37,747 nt of DNA from a virus, in IMG/VR virus record IMGVR_UViG_3300045988_054873. One strand, given 5' to 3'. Positions 9,401 to 16,146 of the stretch are shown piece after piece. Within the stretch, counting starts at the first letter, position 1; each line of letters starts with the position of its first letter. The notes below the pieces were generated by a model that was given only the letters and a program-made list of their open reading frames with translations, was not told the DNA's origin and made no database searches. A program made the translations under genes and the position numbers.

Positions 9401-9972
9401 TTCGCATACATTCCGACCGCATCAATTCCAACATCAAACAATCGGTTCAGCTGATCCATCTCAACCGTTCCCTTGGTTCGCATCTTACCGATGGCATCCG
9501 CTACCATTTCCAGCTGTTCATTGGTGCCTTTGCCGTAAAACGCTACCGCATCCGCCCAGGCACCGACTGACTTCGTCGCCGATTCCAGACTCATACCACG
9601 GGTCACAAAGTTCTGCGTTGCTTTCGCTGCCGCATCCAAACCGTAGGCTGTTCCCTTAGTGATACCCTTTAATTCTTCCAGTGCACCACTGGCTGCATTT
9701 GCATTTCCTGTGATGGTCGTGATCGTCCGGTTAAATTGCTCCATGGTGTCCTGTCTGCTAAACGCAGAGGAAACGGAACTGGACAGAAGATTTGCACCGG
9801 CGGAAAGAGCCTTGAACACTCCGATACCGGCGGCGATCCTGCCGATAGCTCCGGTAGCCTTGTTCACACCGTCAGAAATTCCGCTGATGCTCTTTTGCGC
9901 ACTGCTGAACGTACTGGAGAAGTTCTTGTCTACCGCACTGAGTACCGCCTTTACACTATAACTTTCCGCCAT
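6445..9972 (-). CDS. Tape measure protein
   Basis: 1175 aa, Ala/Gly/Ser-rich with long hydrophobic helical repeats (…LPAIMSAGLQIIAALVQGLISNLPTILPAAV…). Follows the G/GT chaperone genes. Confidence 0.9.
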   Translation of the reverse strand: MAESYSVKAVLSAVDKNFSSTFSSAQKSISGISDGVNKATGAIGRIAAGIGVFKALSAGANLLSSSVSSAFSRQDTMEQFNRTITTITGNANAASGALEELKGITKGTAYGLDAAAKATQNFVTRGMSLESATKSVGAWADAVAFYGKGTNEQLEMVADAIGKMRTKGTVEMDQLNRLFDVGIDAVGMYAKAVGRDSASVQDDLSKGKIRADEFLSTVETAMMEGTNGVQKISGAAKEAGASWSGTFDNMRAAVTRGTLSIINAVDEMLKKNGFPTMRESIKKFGDTAESVLNNVADGIKNLSNVGALLPQLGATLAGAVVMSGVMPLLDLLPGTLDAATAGAEKLKTGIGKVSNETDFFERRLDKIAKKSGKTKNALKKDVMEAANVYKSSGMSMSDAMKKAYKDIGVSSGNPVQRMVSGMKASLSSLTGKVTAAPKQLAGNFKTMLSNAGQIATSLPGPFGKAFEKIGGFGDKATTRMKAVQGKLVSAASGMQGKMKGMFDFGSESPLAGLQRYASKISGNLKAIGTAAGNSAKIGVSGLGKLGSALNTVFGLAMKTVGPAAIVGVALAGMGVLQTQFGTQINEMLKMATQNGPQIIQNLTQGIVSSIPTLISAGTELLVNLLNAITANLPAIMSAGLQIIAALVQGLISNLPTILPAAVNAIATFVMGIITMIPQIILLGIQVLQAFVEGIQSQDIGATILTVLNHLITTIVTFLPQMITAGMDLLASIANGIINNLPAIITAAFQLMLSFIAGIASMLPDIVQKGWDIIKNLALGIVNAIPEVLSSVFDGIADLFGGLWDKITGKTDEGSEKVKEKTQEMAESVQANTSATTETATLNATQMAESVQAAFDGMSTGATSAADSMLAGVTGSLSGISSTGAANMNDLASNVVSSASTANASASGDYQAMANNVNSAMSSINTSAASGLANTATSFESTFSKIESTVSTKMNNIQNKVRAGMTTFTAAIRAGMTLSKAVCVTGVNGIVSTFSGLSSRLYSMGLFAMAGLRNGLVAGSGSVYATAAGIANRVATTISSALKIGSPSKVLEKIGAWGSEGLGNGLLKMLPYVEKASKKLANAATPVLAADFGGTRMQYSFAGYGSLNMAYQDDGSSIVAELQNIREKLDEVKERTIHLETRVDMDGREVGYGTARYVQEKNNNDAKVRKYITGKR

Positions 9973-10312
9973 GCTCTCCCCTCCTTCTCATATATTCTCT
10001 GTACCTTGCCGCTGCTGAATTGGTTTCGTCCTGCTTTTCTTTCTTCCCCTTGAATCGATCCAAGATCTTCTCATAGTCGAAGAACTGCTTGAAGGTCCTG
10101 TAAACCGGCTTCGTCTTCTTTCCGGATTTCCGTTCTGCCTTCACTTCACGGTTCAGCCATGCCAGCTCGTGCAGATGGAACTCCGTATCGAACTGGCGCA
10201 GGTTATAGGCTTCCATCCGGATCCGGTATTCATAGAAACTCATTTCCTCTGCCTCTTTCAGAGTTCGGATTCCAAGTCCCCGGAAACAATTCACCAGCAA
10301 CTCCTGATACAT
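9956..10312 (-). CDS. Tail assembly chaperone, T segment (expressed as a G-T fusion by -1 frameshift)
   Basis: This frame stays open upstream to the slippery site at 10414-10408 and is -1 relative to ORF 10330..10698. Basic C-terminal region. Position is canonical. Confidence 0.65.
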   Translation of the reverse strand: MYQELLVNCFRGLGIRTLKEAEEMSFYEYRIRMEAYNLRQFDTEFHLHELAWLNREVKAERKSGKKTKPVYRTFKQFFDYEKILDRFKGKKEKQDETNSAAARYREYMRRRGEHGGKL

Positions 10313-10329
10313 TTCTTCCGAGCTTTTCT

Positions 10330-10698
10330 CTACGCTACTGTCTTCCCGTTCTCCAGTTCCTCCAGACCTTCCATGAGATCCTTCACTTTCAGACGAGTAG
10401 CATTCGAGTTTTTTAACTCATCCATGACCTCCTCGAACAGCTTCTCGATGTCTGCGTGATTCTCCACGTATTCGTCCACGCTTTCCTGATTTGGGCGTTT
10501 CTTCTCTGTACAAGTGCTGAGATACAGAACCTCTGACAACTTCGTCGCATCATATCCAAGCAACAACGGAACGATCATTTCCAGACCTGCTCCGAACTTC
10601 ATGTTCTCCCGCTCGATTTCATACTTCTTATCCAGTTCCCGGATGAATTTGATCCCGAAATGCACTTCGTACTCTGTGCCTTTAATCTCCATTACCAT
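10330..10698 (-). CDS. Tail assembly chaperone (gpG-like)
   Basis: 122 aa, acidic, located between the major tail and tape measure genes. Confidence 0.7.
   Translation of the reverse strand: MVMEIKGTEYEVHFGIKFIRELDKKYEIERENMKFGAGLEMIVPLLLGYDATKLSEVLYLSTCTEKKRPNQESVDEYVENHADIEKLFEEVMDELKNSNATRLKVKDLMEGLEELENGKTVA
10408..10414 (-). promoter_or_regulatory. Programmed -1 ribosomal frameshift slippery heptamer A_AAA_AAC
   Basis: Minus strand GAG TTA AAA AAC in the zero frame (L95 K96 N97 of the G protein). The -1 frame has no stop from here to 9956. Confidence 0.6.
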
Positions 10699-10714
10699 AA
10701 TGTTTTCCTCCCAT

Positions 10715-10741
10715 CAAAAAAGGGCGTATCGCTTACGCCCC
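10715..10741 (-). terminator. Intrinsic terminator after the major tail gene
   Basis: Minus-strand GGGCGUA-AGCGA-UACGCCC followed by UUUUUU. The stem overlaps the major tail stop codon. Confidence 0.7.
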
Positions 10742-11263
10742 TGTCTTCTGTGTATCTGTGAATACATAGTCTGCAGCTTCCTGCTGTTCCTCTGTCACAG
10801 TCACATATCCTGTTTTTCCGTTTCCGTTACATCCAAAGGTCAGGGAAATCTCTACCATGTCCTCTGCATTGGATGTCTTTTCCAGTTCTGTCAGATAGCC
10901 CTGGAAATACATTCCTTTGAATTTCCCGGAATTTGTAGTCGTTCCCTTTTCTTCCAGATTGACTTCCCAGATCTCCAGAAGCTGGTCGTTATCCAATGCG
11001 GTTTCCAGTTTCTCGATCAGTGTGTCTCCTTTTGACAGGATGCTGGTGGCTGTGATCTCTACCTCTGCCACGCCCGGAGTCCGAATGGAGCCGTCCTTTG
11101 TAGCAGTGGAATCTGCATCCTTACTCTTTGTTCTTCCGTTTTCCGTGGTAAATGCAAGCTGCATGGCATCTTCGGTTGCCGATTCCTCTTTTACCCGATA
11201 CAGATAAATGATTTTCTTTCCCTGTACCGCCTCTGCAAATAACTGCAATTTGCTAAATCTCAT
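10733..11263 (-). CDS. Major tail protein (phi13/TP901-1-like)
   Basis: 176 aa in the position upstream of the chaperones. ...IIYLYRVKEE...LAFTTENGRTKSKDADSTATKDG... The N-terminus carries MRFSKLQLFA. Confidence 0.75.
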   Translation of the reverse strand: MRFSKLQLFAEAVQGKKIIYLYRVKEESATEDAMQLAFTTENGRTKSKDADSTATKDGSIRTPGVAEVEITATSILSKGDTLIEKLETALDNDQLLEIWEVNLEEKGTTTNSGKFKGMYFQGYLTELEKTSNAEDMVEISLTFGCNGNGKTGYVTVTEEQQEAADYVFTDTQKTGA

Positions 11264-11276
11264 ATTCTTTTCCTCC

Positions 11277-11672
11277 TTAGCTGAATTTAAATTCTATGTT
11301 TAATATTCCATGTAACAATGCCTCACTGGTGGTGTTGTCCGGCAGAATCTGCTGATTCACGTCTCCCACTGACCAGGCATGGTTCTCCGTATGTTCCAGA
11401 GTCCGGCTGACCTGCTTAATCATCAGCAGACACTTGGAAACCGTTCCACGTTGATGTGGATCGTTGTGCCAGACGTTGATTGTCTGATAGACGGAGCCGA
11501 AGACTGCCGTCTTGTTTGCAGCATCGACCTGTTGGGATTCTGCCAGATACACAAACGGATAAGTCGTTCCTTTTGGCGGGAGCACTCCGTCATACACGGA
11601 AATCCCTTCCTGTTCAAACGCCTTACGTAACTTCACCAGCAATGCGCTGAATAATTCCTGTTGTGGATCCAT
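11277..11672 (-). CDS. Tail completion/terminator-like protein
   Basis: ATG at 11672 (SD GAGGGGAAGG). 131 aa, located between the gp10-like and major tail genes. An alternative GTG start lies at 11687. Confidence 0.5.
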   Translation of the reverse strand: MDPQQELFSALLVKLRKAFEQEGISVYDGVLPPKGTTYPFVYLAESQQVDAANKTAVFGSVYQTINVWHNDPHQRGTVSKCLLMIKQVSRTLEHTENHAWSVGDVNQQILPDNTTSEALLHGILNIEFKFS

Positions 11673-11683
11673 CTGCCTTCCCC

Positions 11684-12016
11684 TCACTTCACCAGTTTTT
11701 TCATATCGTTTACAAACTTATTTTTCTGCTCATTGAATGCCGGTCCCACAAAGGGCTGCGCATCCATATACCGGGTTCCATATTCCTGATAGGGCGCATA
11801 CTCTACCGTCGGCGCAATAGTTGCCGTCAGACCGGAATCTGTCAGATCCAGACCAATACTCCTCCGCAACGTTCCGGTATCCACCGGAGCTTTTTCCTGT
11901 GCGTTTCTCTGGAGATCTGCACCATTCTTCTGTACCACAGTCCGGACAGCTTTCAGATCCATCCTCTTATCCAGTCCGGTTCTCAGTTCGTTCATTCCTG
12001 TGATCTTTATCCTCAC
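11684..12016 (-). CDS. HK97 gp10-family head-tail joining protein
   Basis: 110 aa. ...APVDTGTLRRSI...YAPYQEYGTRYMDAQPFVGPAF is the family motif. Confidence 0.8.
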   Translation of the reverse strand: MRIKITGMNELRTGLDKRMDLKAVRTVVQKNGADLQRNAQEKAPVDTGTLRRSIGLDLTDSGLTATIAPTVEYAPYQEYGTRYMDAQPFVGPAFNEQKNKFVNDMKKLVK

Positions 12017-12318
12017 TCCTGTACCTCCGACACCACATAAATCTGTTTTGTCCGGAGTCTCCGGCTCATATCTATGGTGTACAATTTTTCACCGATACGG
12101 ATACAGTCAAAAGGATCGTCATAATGGTTCTGTAACTGGATTGTCAGACTCCCCTGACTGATCTTCCCATACAGAAGCTTCATCCGTTCCTCTCCAGTAT
12201 CCTGAATGGCTGCCATCTGTTCCACTTCGGAGATCTTCGGCTCCCCGTAGTTTCCGGTTGCAGGATCATAGGTTCCCAGTTCCACCGTTCTCATGTAGAT
12301 TCTGGTATCATATCTCAT
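12013..12318 (-). CDS. Head closure / head-tail adaptor protein
   Basis: 101 aa. Assigned by synteny and by the pattern ...IRIGEKLYTIDMS... Confidence 0.6.
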   Translation of the reverse strand: MRYDTRIYMRTVELGTYDPATGNYGEPKISEVEQMAAIQDTGEERMKLLYGKISQGSLTIQLQNHYDDPFDCIRIGEKLYTIDMSRRLRTKQIYVVSEVQE

Positions 12319-12644
12319 AAGAATCTCACCTTACCCTTTGATGCATCCTGTTGTCTGTCCAAAAAATCCTGAATATCATCACGATACCCAGAGAAATCAT
12401 CGGTGGAAAACGACTGACTCTCCCCTTCAACGGTATGCGCCGACAAGCCTTCGGATCCAATCCGGTTGTATCGGATCACAGATACTTCCAGAATGATATA
12501 GTTCAGTTCTTCCGGTGGCTCAATCCCGCCAAGCAGACTCTTCAATCGGCTCTTGGTTCCTGACAGAATCAGGTTCAGTCGCTTGTCCAGCGCTTCGTCC
12601 GTTTCTTCCGGCAAGCCAAGCAGACTTTTCAAATCTTCCAGCAT
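12315..12644 (-). CDS. gp6-like head-tail connector (DNA-packaging) protein
   Basis: 109 aa. MLEDLKSLLGLPEETDEALDKRLNLILSG... is typical of the family. Lies downstream of the capsid gene. Confidence 0.65.
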   Translation of the reverse strand: MLEDLKSLLGLPEETDEALDKRLNLILSGTKSRLKSLLGGIEPPEELNYIILEVSVIRYNRIGSEGLSAHTVEGESQSFSTDDFSGYRDDIQDFLDRQQDASKGKVRFL

Positions 12645-12657
12645 CTCCTCACCTCCG

Positions 12658-12888
12658 TCAGACCTCTACTGCTTTCGCAGGATCCATGTTCGGTTCTGCC
12701 CTTTCTGACTGTTCCGGTTCGTCCTGGATCTTCGCAATCAGAGGCATCCCTCTTTTATTGTCTGATCCGGACAGTTCTCTCAAGCGCTCCTCTGACACCG
12801 AAATACCCTCACGGGGGAAAATGTCCCCCGGATGATATTCATGATCCGCATCATGGAGATCTGTAAAATATTCCATCACCTGATACAT
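12658..12888 (-). CDS. Hypothetical protein (76 aa) downstream of the capsid gene
   Basis: ORF with coding-like composition. No recognisable motif. Confidence 0.5.
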   Translation of the reverse strand: MYQVMEYFTDLHDADHEYHPGDIFPREGISVSEERLRELSGSDNKRGMPLIAKIQDEPEQSERAEPNMDPAKAVEV

Positions 12889-12899
12889 GCGAATTCTCC

Positions 12900-14108
12900 T
12901 TAATCTCCAGCATTGACTGTAACAGCCACATCACCGGACTTCACGGCTTTGTAGTTCTGATCACATTCCACTACAGTAATGTGGTGTGTTGCCGTGGAGC
13001 TAATCTCGGATTCTCCATCCCATTTGCTCCAGTTTTTCACATTCATTCCGTAAGTCACGGAAGTAGCAGATGCCGCATCCTTATACTTCCAACAGTTTCT
13101 CGGAGACTGCAGCTGTTCTGATACAGACAGCTTTGTCTTTCCCGTCTCGCTTCCTGCTTCGGATGTTACGGTCAGGGTTCCAAGTGTCTGTGTATCAGCT
13201 CCGCCAACTGCGATATAAGCAATTGCATCCTGATACTCGCAGAACAGTCTCAGGCCCATGATTGCAAACATATCAGAGATAGCTCTCTCATAAGTTCCCT
13301 GCGCATGGAATCCGATGAAGCCTGTTTCAGTATCAGTTGTATACTGAAGTCCTGCTTTCACAAACTCAGAGTCGCCTGGATCTACGTAGTATGCAACCAG
13401 GTTGTTCAGCGGAGTCGCTACAACCACATTCTCCGGAATCTCAGAAGAAACAAACACGACATCTGCTCCCATGAAATCCGTCACATACTTAAATCCAAAA
13501 GCGGTCTGAAGAGTAATGTCAGCAGCACCGATGTATTTATACACGTCCAGTGTGTTCACCCAGAGCGCCACACCAGTTGCAGTTCTCTTCATTTTCTGGA
13601 ACTTGTCCACAACTTTTCCGATCGCCATAGCAACAGCCATCTGCCAGGTGGATTCGTGCCCCACAAGAGAGCCTGCTTTCAGCTGCGTGTAGAATTTTCC
13701 AGTTACCACATTGATCAGATCAGACTTGAATTCATCATCCGTGGACTGAACTGCAGCATCATAGCCTTTTTCTGCAATCGCTTCCAGAGATACTCCCTTT
13801 CTGTACTTTTCGATGCGGATTGTATCGAACGGCACTTCTTCCACCTGGTACTGAGACAGCGGAATTTCATCTCCTTCCGCTACCGCACCGCTCTGCAGTG
13901 TTCCGGTAACCTTTTTGGTCTTTAAAGTAGAACCATTCTCCTTTTTGATCATCCGGGTAATACCCATAACATCCAGCAACGCCTGTAAGTTTTTGCTAAA
14001 AGATGTTACAAAATCAATTTCTCTCGCTCTTGTCTGAACCTGTGCTGTTCCGGTCATGTTGTCCGGAGCTGCAAAAATCTGTAAACCGAATTTTCTATTC
14101 TTATTCAT
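12900..14108 (-). CDS. Major capsid protein (HK97 fold) with a C-terminal Ig-like extension
   Basis: 402 aa following the scaffold gene. N-terminus MNKNRKFGLQIFA. The C-terminal ~90 aa (TLGTLTVTSEAGSETGKTKLSV...) look like an Ig-like decoration domain. Confidence 0.85.
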   Translation of the reverse strand: MNKNRKFGLQIFAAPDNMTGTAQVQTRAREIDFVTSFSKNLQALLDVMGITRMIKKENGSTLKTKKVTGTLQSGAVAEGDEIPLSQYQVEEVPFDTIRIEKYRKGVSLEAIAEKGYDAAVQSTDDEFKSDLINVVTGKFYTQLKAGSLVGHESTWQMAVAMAIGKVVDKFQKMKRTATGVALWVNTLDVYKYIGAADITLQTAFGFKYVTDFMGADVVFVSSEIPENVVVATPLNNLVAYYVDPGDSEFVKAGLQYTTDTETGFIGFHAQGTYERAISDMFAIMGLRLFCEYQDAIAYIAVGGADTQTLGTLTVTSEAGSETGKTKLSVSEQLQSPRNCWKYKDAASATSVTYGMNVKNWSKWDGESEISSTATHHITVVECDQNYKAVKSGDVAVTVNAGD

Positions 14109-14126
14109 AATCTTCCTACCTTTCTT

Positions 14127-14777
14127 CTATTGAAATAATTCCAGATTTTCAGCAATCAGTTTCTGTCTCTCTGACGGATTCTTAATTGCCAGAATCTGTT
14201 CTTTTGTCATAGTTCCCTTGCCACCTGAACCTGCTCTTGGAGTTTTTCCCTTTAAAGTCTGCTTTACTTCGGCCAGAACTGCCTCTTTAAACAGCTTCGC
14301 AAAAGACTCTACCGCTTTCTTTGTTCCATCAGCATCGTCTGTGATCAGATGTCCAAGCAATTCATCCGGAAGGTTAATCTCTTCATCCTGAAGCATCTTT
14401 CTTGCAGTCTTTGCCATATCAGAACGATTTGACTGCTTCTGAAGATCTGCGAGCTGCGTTTTCAGCTTGTTCATTTCATATTCCGTCTTCTCTTCCTTGG
14501 TCATCTTCGCCAGTTTCTCCGCTTCCGACAGTTTGTCATCTGTCAGTGCCTGCCATTTCTCCTGTGCATTGGTCACTGCAGTCTTGACTGCTTTCTGGAC
14601 TCTGCGGTCAAACTCTGCCTGATTCCCTTCCCCTTTCAGGAAGTCGTCAAATGACATCGAACCATTTCCATTGTTTCCTTCGCCATTTCCATCCCCTGTT
14701 CCGGTACCGTCACCGTTTCCGTCTCCGGATCCGCCGTCGTCTCCATCACCTTCCGCAAACAGCTGCAAATTTGTCAT
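14127..14777 (-). CDS. Scaffolding protein
   Basis: ATG at 14777 (SD GGAGA). MTNLQLFAEGDGDDGGSGDGNG... is followed by a Lys/Glu-rich coiled coil. Lies immediately upstream of the capsid gene. Confidence 0.75.
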   Translation of the reverse strand: MTNLQLFAEGDGDDGGSGDGNGDGTGTGDGNGEGNNGNGSMSFDDFLKGEGNQAEFDRRVQKAVKTAVTNAQEKWQALTDDKLSEAEKLAKMTKEEKTEYEMNKLKTQLADLQKQSNRSDMAKTARKMLQDEEINLPDELLGHLITDDADGTKKAVESFAKLFKEAVLAEVKQTLKGKTPRAGSGGKGTMTKEQILAIKNPSERQKLIAENLELFQ

Positions 14778-14905
14778 TGGAATTCTCCAACCACCATAAA
14801 AGTTGTTCATGTGTTTCATACATCTATCCTTTCTGGCCCACCCCATTCACTGAAGCCCAGGGCATTCCGTCGAATCATAGTTTTACGTCATTTCGGACAC
14901 ACCCG

Positions 14906-15193
14906 TTACACAATCCGGACACACTCCGGAAATTCATAGGACACCATACAGATGCCAATGAAAAAGGAATCCACCAGAAGACAACCTTCCTCTGACAGAT
15001 TCCTGTATTTTATATCAACCCATCCGGGCGACATTTCGTATTCAATTTTGTCCGCCGACAAGTCTTCCAACGTCTGGATCAGCGTCTGCGTCAGAACCGT
15101 AACCGCAGCACATACCACGTCGGATCCTTCCGGCGCATAATTTGCATGGCCGGATATCGTAATTCCATCCAGCCTCACGCTTACCTCAATCAA
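14906..15193 (-). CDS. prp: Prp-family cysteine protease (ribosomal-processing protease L27-type, DUF464)
   Basis: TTG start (SD GGAGTGG). 95 aa. ...ISGHANYAPEGSDVVCAAVTVLTQT... carries the conserved GHA...D(I/V)VCAA His/Cys dyad. Confidence 0.75.
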   Translation of the reverse strand: MIEVSVRLDGITISGHANYAPEGSDVVCAAVTVLTQTLIQTLEDLSADKIEYEMSPGWVDIKYRNLSEEGCLLVDSFFIGICMVSYEFPECVRIV

Positions 15194-15247
15194 GTCACAC
15201 CACTCCTTTTTCTTCCGGTCGTTCCATGCCGGTGGGAGATATAAGGA

Positions 15248-15457
15248 TCACCGCCTTTCTATCGACATCCGATTCCCGTCAAAATGTATCGCATCCCCGA
15301 TTCTTGCCATTTCATCCCCAATCCTCACTCCCTTCAGTACAGATTTCCCATCATCGAACGTATACAGAAACTTCACGCCTTTGTAGCTGATCCGGTTCGC
15401 CAGCCACTTCGGAGCAATCCGGTCTGCCACATCAGTCACGATATATGTCGCCTTCAT
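15248..15457 (-). CDS. Hypothetical protein (69 aa)
   Basis: The ATG at 15457 overlaps the stop of the upstream micropeptide (ATGA). MKATYIVTDVADRIAPKWLANRISYKGVKFLY... Confidence 0.5.
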   Translation of the reverse strand: MKATYIVTDVADRIAPKWLANRISYKGVKFLYTFDDGKSVLKGVRIGDEMARIGDAIHFDGNRMSIERR

Positions 15458-15525
15458 CGTCCTGTCCGTGCCAGGATAATGATGGCAATACAAATGATTA
15501 AAATATTAATGGTTGATGTTGCCAT
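15454..15525 (-). CDS. 23-aa hydrophobic micropeptide (candidate)
   Basis: SD CAGGAGGG plus 8 nt, then ATG at 15525. MATSTINILIICIAIIILARTGR. Its stop is coupled to the next ORF. Confidence 0.3.
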   Translation of the reverse strand: MATSTINILIICIAIIILARTGR

Positions 15526-15553
15526 GATTTCATCCCTCCTGTCTGAAAATGCG

Positions 15554-15589
15554 CATAAAAATACCACCGGTCTTTTCTGATCAGTGGTA
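15554..15589 (-). terminator. Intrinsic terminator after the moron cassette
   Basis: Minus-strand UACCACUG-(12-nt loop)-CGGUGGUA followed by UUUUUAUG. Lies just downstream of the stop at 15602. Confidence 0.55.
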
Positions 15590-15601
15590 CAGTTTCTATC
15601 G

Positions 15602-15934
15602 TTAAATAAATGGTATCATATCTTTTACGTCTTTTAATGTTTTCTTCGCTTTCTCAATCAATGAATTTTCAAATAAATACTCTATCCCTTTCGGAGTGAT
15701 AATAGCCTCCTGCAAATCGCCAAAAAGCACTCCGTCCTTCGTAGGATTAATCACAACTCCTTTTACATATTCCTCATTGATCAAACTTAAAAGGATATAT
15801 GACCAGTAATTCTCCGGAATATTATAAGTCGACGCAACTAAATGCGCAGGTTCTGGCTTTTCGCCTGCTTTTAAACAATCGTAAAGGTACTTCAGGACTC
15901 GATATACTATTACAAAATAATCATTTTGAGCCAT
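15602..15934 (-). CDS. YjcQ-like winged-helix protein
   Basis: 110 aa. MAQNDYFVIVYRVLKYLYDCLKAG...LINEEYVKGV...ITPKGIEYLFENS resembles the YjcQ family of Bacillus prophage regions. Confidence 0.5.
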   Translation of the reverse strand: MAQNDYFVIVYRVLKYLYDCLKAGEKPEPAHLVASTYNIPENYWSYILLSLINEEYVKGVVINPTKDGVLFGDLQEAIITPKGIEYLFENSLIEKAKKTLKDVKDMIPFI

Positions 15935-15963
15935 TTCACCATTTTCCTTCCTTTGCGTAGAAA

Positions 15964-16146
15964 CTACTCTACAAAATCCGGCAATTCTTTTTTTGATTTT
16001 AATGCCCTTTTTATATCTTTTACATAATCCCCATATGAATCTTCTCCATACTCCAATTCTATGTAACTATCAGGAGTACGATCGAATAATTCAAAATATT
16101 TATCATATAATTCTTTTAATTCTTGCGTCATTTTCCCGTACCACAT
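15964..16146 (-). CDS. Small acidic protein (60 aa), candidate immunity protein for the MuF C-terminal domain
   Basis: Its start overlaps the MuF stop (TAATG). MWYGKMTQELKELYDKYFELFDRTPDSYIELEYGEDSYGDY... Confidence 0.5.
   Translation of the reverse strand: MWYGKMTQELKELYDKYFELFDRTPDSYIELEYGEDSYGDYVKDIKRALKSKKELPDFVE

Noticed and set aside
8624-9454. 276-aa plus-strand ORF, plus other plus-strand ORFs between 6477 and 10053
   Set aside because: These are antisense shadows of the tape-measure gene, whose biased codon composition keeps the reverse frames open.
13305-13925. 206-aa plus-strand ORF
   Set aside because: It is antisense shadow of the major capsid gene.
14651-14750. G/D/N low-complexity tract in the scaffold gene (GDGDDGGSGDGNGDGTGTGDGNGEGNNGNG) as a separate repeat element
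   Set aside because: It is an imperfect compositional bias within a CDS, not a defined DNA tandem repeat. It is most likely a disordered spacer following the predicted Prp cleavage site.
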